Made by a program: the position numbers and the translations under genes. This document shows positions 62,154 through 64,000 of a DNA stretch of 64,000 nucleotides, one piece after another. Numbering within the stretch: position 1 is the first letter of the stretch; each line of letters opens with the position of its first letter. Source of the DNA: Eledone cirrhosa. Taxonomy: Eukaryota. The notes beneath the pieces were generated by a model, which made no database searches, was not told the DNA's origin, and saw only the letters and a program-made list of their open reading frames with translations. The stretch is from contig OZ024740.1 in assembly GCA_964016885.1 (NCBI GenBank), forward strand, positions 408,146,001-408,210,000. The letters are read 5' to 3'.

Positions 62154-63043
62154 CCATATATACTCAAATATAAGCCGAGGAATATGTGACCAAAAAACTG
62201 ATGGTAAAATGGAAGGTCAATATTTTATCGATTTTCACTAAATTCAAATTCTATATAAATAAAGTGCTAAAATATCTGGAGTGATTACTTTACAATGAAA
62301 CAGTTTCTTTTATGTTTTACTACATCACGATTGCTTTTATTTATGTGTTACCTTGGAAATATTTCCAACAAATTTTTATAATTTGAACAAATTAATACAT
62401 AAATACCCTCTATTCATACACACATGCACATCTGCACACACAAATACATATATGCACATGCACACACAAATACATATATGCACATATGCACACACACAGG
62501 CACACGCACATACTAACTGTTTTTCTCTGATTTACTAATACTTTTTCTTTCAATCTTACATAAGATTGAAATCTTACTTCTGACTTGTGTTTTATTGCTC
62601 TCTCTCCTTTCTTGCTCTTGCCCCCTCTCTCTCACTTACTGTCCCTCCCTCCCTCTTCTACTCTATGAATCCCTATACAAAGTTCTCTTATTCGATCTCT
62701 TGTTTTTAACTACTTCCAGCTTGTGTGAGGCCAGAAGTAAACGAAAAATTGAGAAATTGTTGAAACTATAAAACTGATGAAATTGTAAAAGATCATTACA
62801 TAATGGAGTTGTGAAACAAAAACTATATTCTAAAGAACACTTAAAACATTTTAAACATCAAAATATTAAAACTTCATAAATATATTTTATACTCATGAGA
62901 ATTTCAAAACCTTGCCATCTAAACATAATGTGTTAATCAGCTGCCATAGCTTTTCAATGGGGCTTGGATTTTTACCCATTTCTCAGGCATAAAATAGAGG
63001 GAGGTGATTATATTCAGATTGGCTTATATTCTAGTATATACAG
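62154..63043. mobile_element. pogo/Tc1-mariner-like non-autonomous DNA transposon, ~890 bp
   Basis: TA-CCATATATACTCAAATATAAGCC ... GGCTTATATTCTAGTATATACAG-TA; 23-bp TIRs match at 19/23, with TA target duplication. Confidence 0.8.
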
Positions 63044-63539
63044 TAAGTGAATTGAATAAATAATTTGATTTCATGTCAAGAGTGTAAGGTTCATGCTAAA
63101 GCATACAATAGTTTGTCAGAATAAGTGTTAAAGCTAGAAAATTAATGAGAAATCTATATTTTAACATAAAAATAGAGAAACTAATTAAGCACATAGATTA
63201 AATTGATATTGATTTTAATATAAAATATAAAAGTTAATTTAACATAATTATTTAATTAATGAAGAAAGATAGTCACAAATGCAATTTTATTTTCCTCAAA
63301 GTTATTCTGTTTAATGTGATGTTTTCTTTCTCTAATTTGCAAACCTAACGACATTTATATGCAGAAGCAAGAGACAATGATGGAATTTCTGATTTATTCT
63401 ATACTTGATCTGAATGCTTAAATTGTTACCTGAGAAAGTTTCAGTGAGCATATATGATGCTAAATGATGGTAGAGTTAAAATTATACCATTTGAGTCAGC
63501 GACAGCTGGGAGATGCATAAAAATAGCATAACATAGTAG

Positions 63540-63930
63540 TCAATAAATAAAAGCCAAAATTGATGGAAAAGTTCAAATATCTTAACAGCACTGTTTCACA
63601 TGAATCCAACATTGATTTCAAAATAAACATTTGCTTATCGAAAGTCAGTCAAACATTTGAAAGATGGAGATGTAGTGTCTGGTAACACCGAGGTATATAA
63701 ATAGATATTCAAAAACTATTAAAGGTAGAAACAAATGTGTAACTTAGACTCATCAAAAGATGACAAGCTATTTGAATGCACTATTTATGAAAGAAAGTTC
63801 TATGCACAAGATGAATAAAGATCTTCCACCTCAAAACTATGGAAAAATCGAGAAAAAATAGCATTATATAACATGTGTGAGAACTAGATGTTCAACTTGT
63901 TTATAATATCTTAGCAGTGTTATCCAAGTA
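63540..63930 (+). mobile_element. Old RTE (BovB-like) RT remnant
   Basis: EKFKYLNSTVSHESNID...VW..RG resembles the F.YLGS..S....ID.E motif. Confidence 0.55.
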
Positions 63931-64000
63931 TTCTGATCAATGAACCTATGAATTAATATCAATTAACCTTACCAGTTCAGTTCTTAGTAAATTTATTGAT

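Overview
AT-rich, repeat-dense eukaryotic (animal) DNA. The SINE and LINE repertoire (tRNA-head CORE SINEs with RTE-derived tails, Meta-domain SINEs, (CAT)n-tailed RTE LINEs, TA-embedded Penelope-like elements) most resembles an octopod cephalopod genome; this is inference. No complete host gene is visible, and most ORFs in the track are microsatellite translations, antisense shadows or transposon fragments. One credible host exon candidate lies on the minus strand at 52897-52997 (MEEELLSKNTSKMEEEKDEIMFTFPQNRSGFQH) in a TE-poor, CpG-retaining island. If real, most of the window is one long intron. Recognisable elements: (1) a young head-to-head palindrome of two 5'-truncated Penelope-like (GIY-YIG) copies at 591-2426, with a templated junction insert and both 3' ends in (TA)n; (2) several decayed minimal hammerhead-ribozyme motifs in other TA-embedded PLE remnants; (3) RTE LINEs, including a 2.6-kb copy with a PHD-like finger inside the RT region; (4) two SINE families; (5) an (ATT)n nested-insertion hotspot at 46.4-50.7 kb with R4/Dong-like, Tx1-like and SINE pieces and a four-times-repeated target site; (6) a GC-rich CRE-like endonuclease fragment ending in poly(G); (7) piggyBac-like and pogo-like MITEs and micro/minisatellites. 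Family names come from motif recognition by eye; no searches were run.
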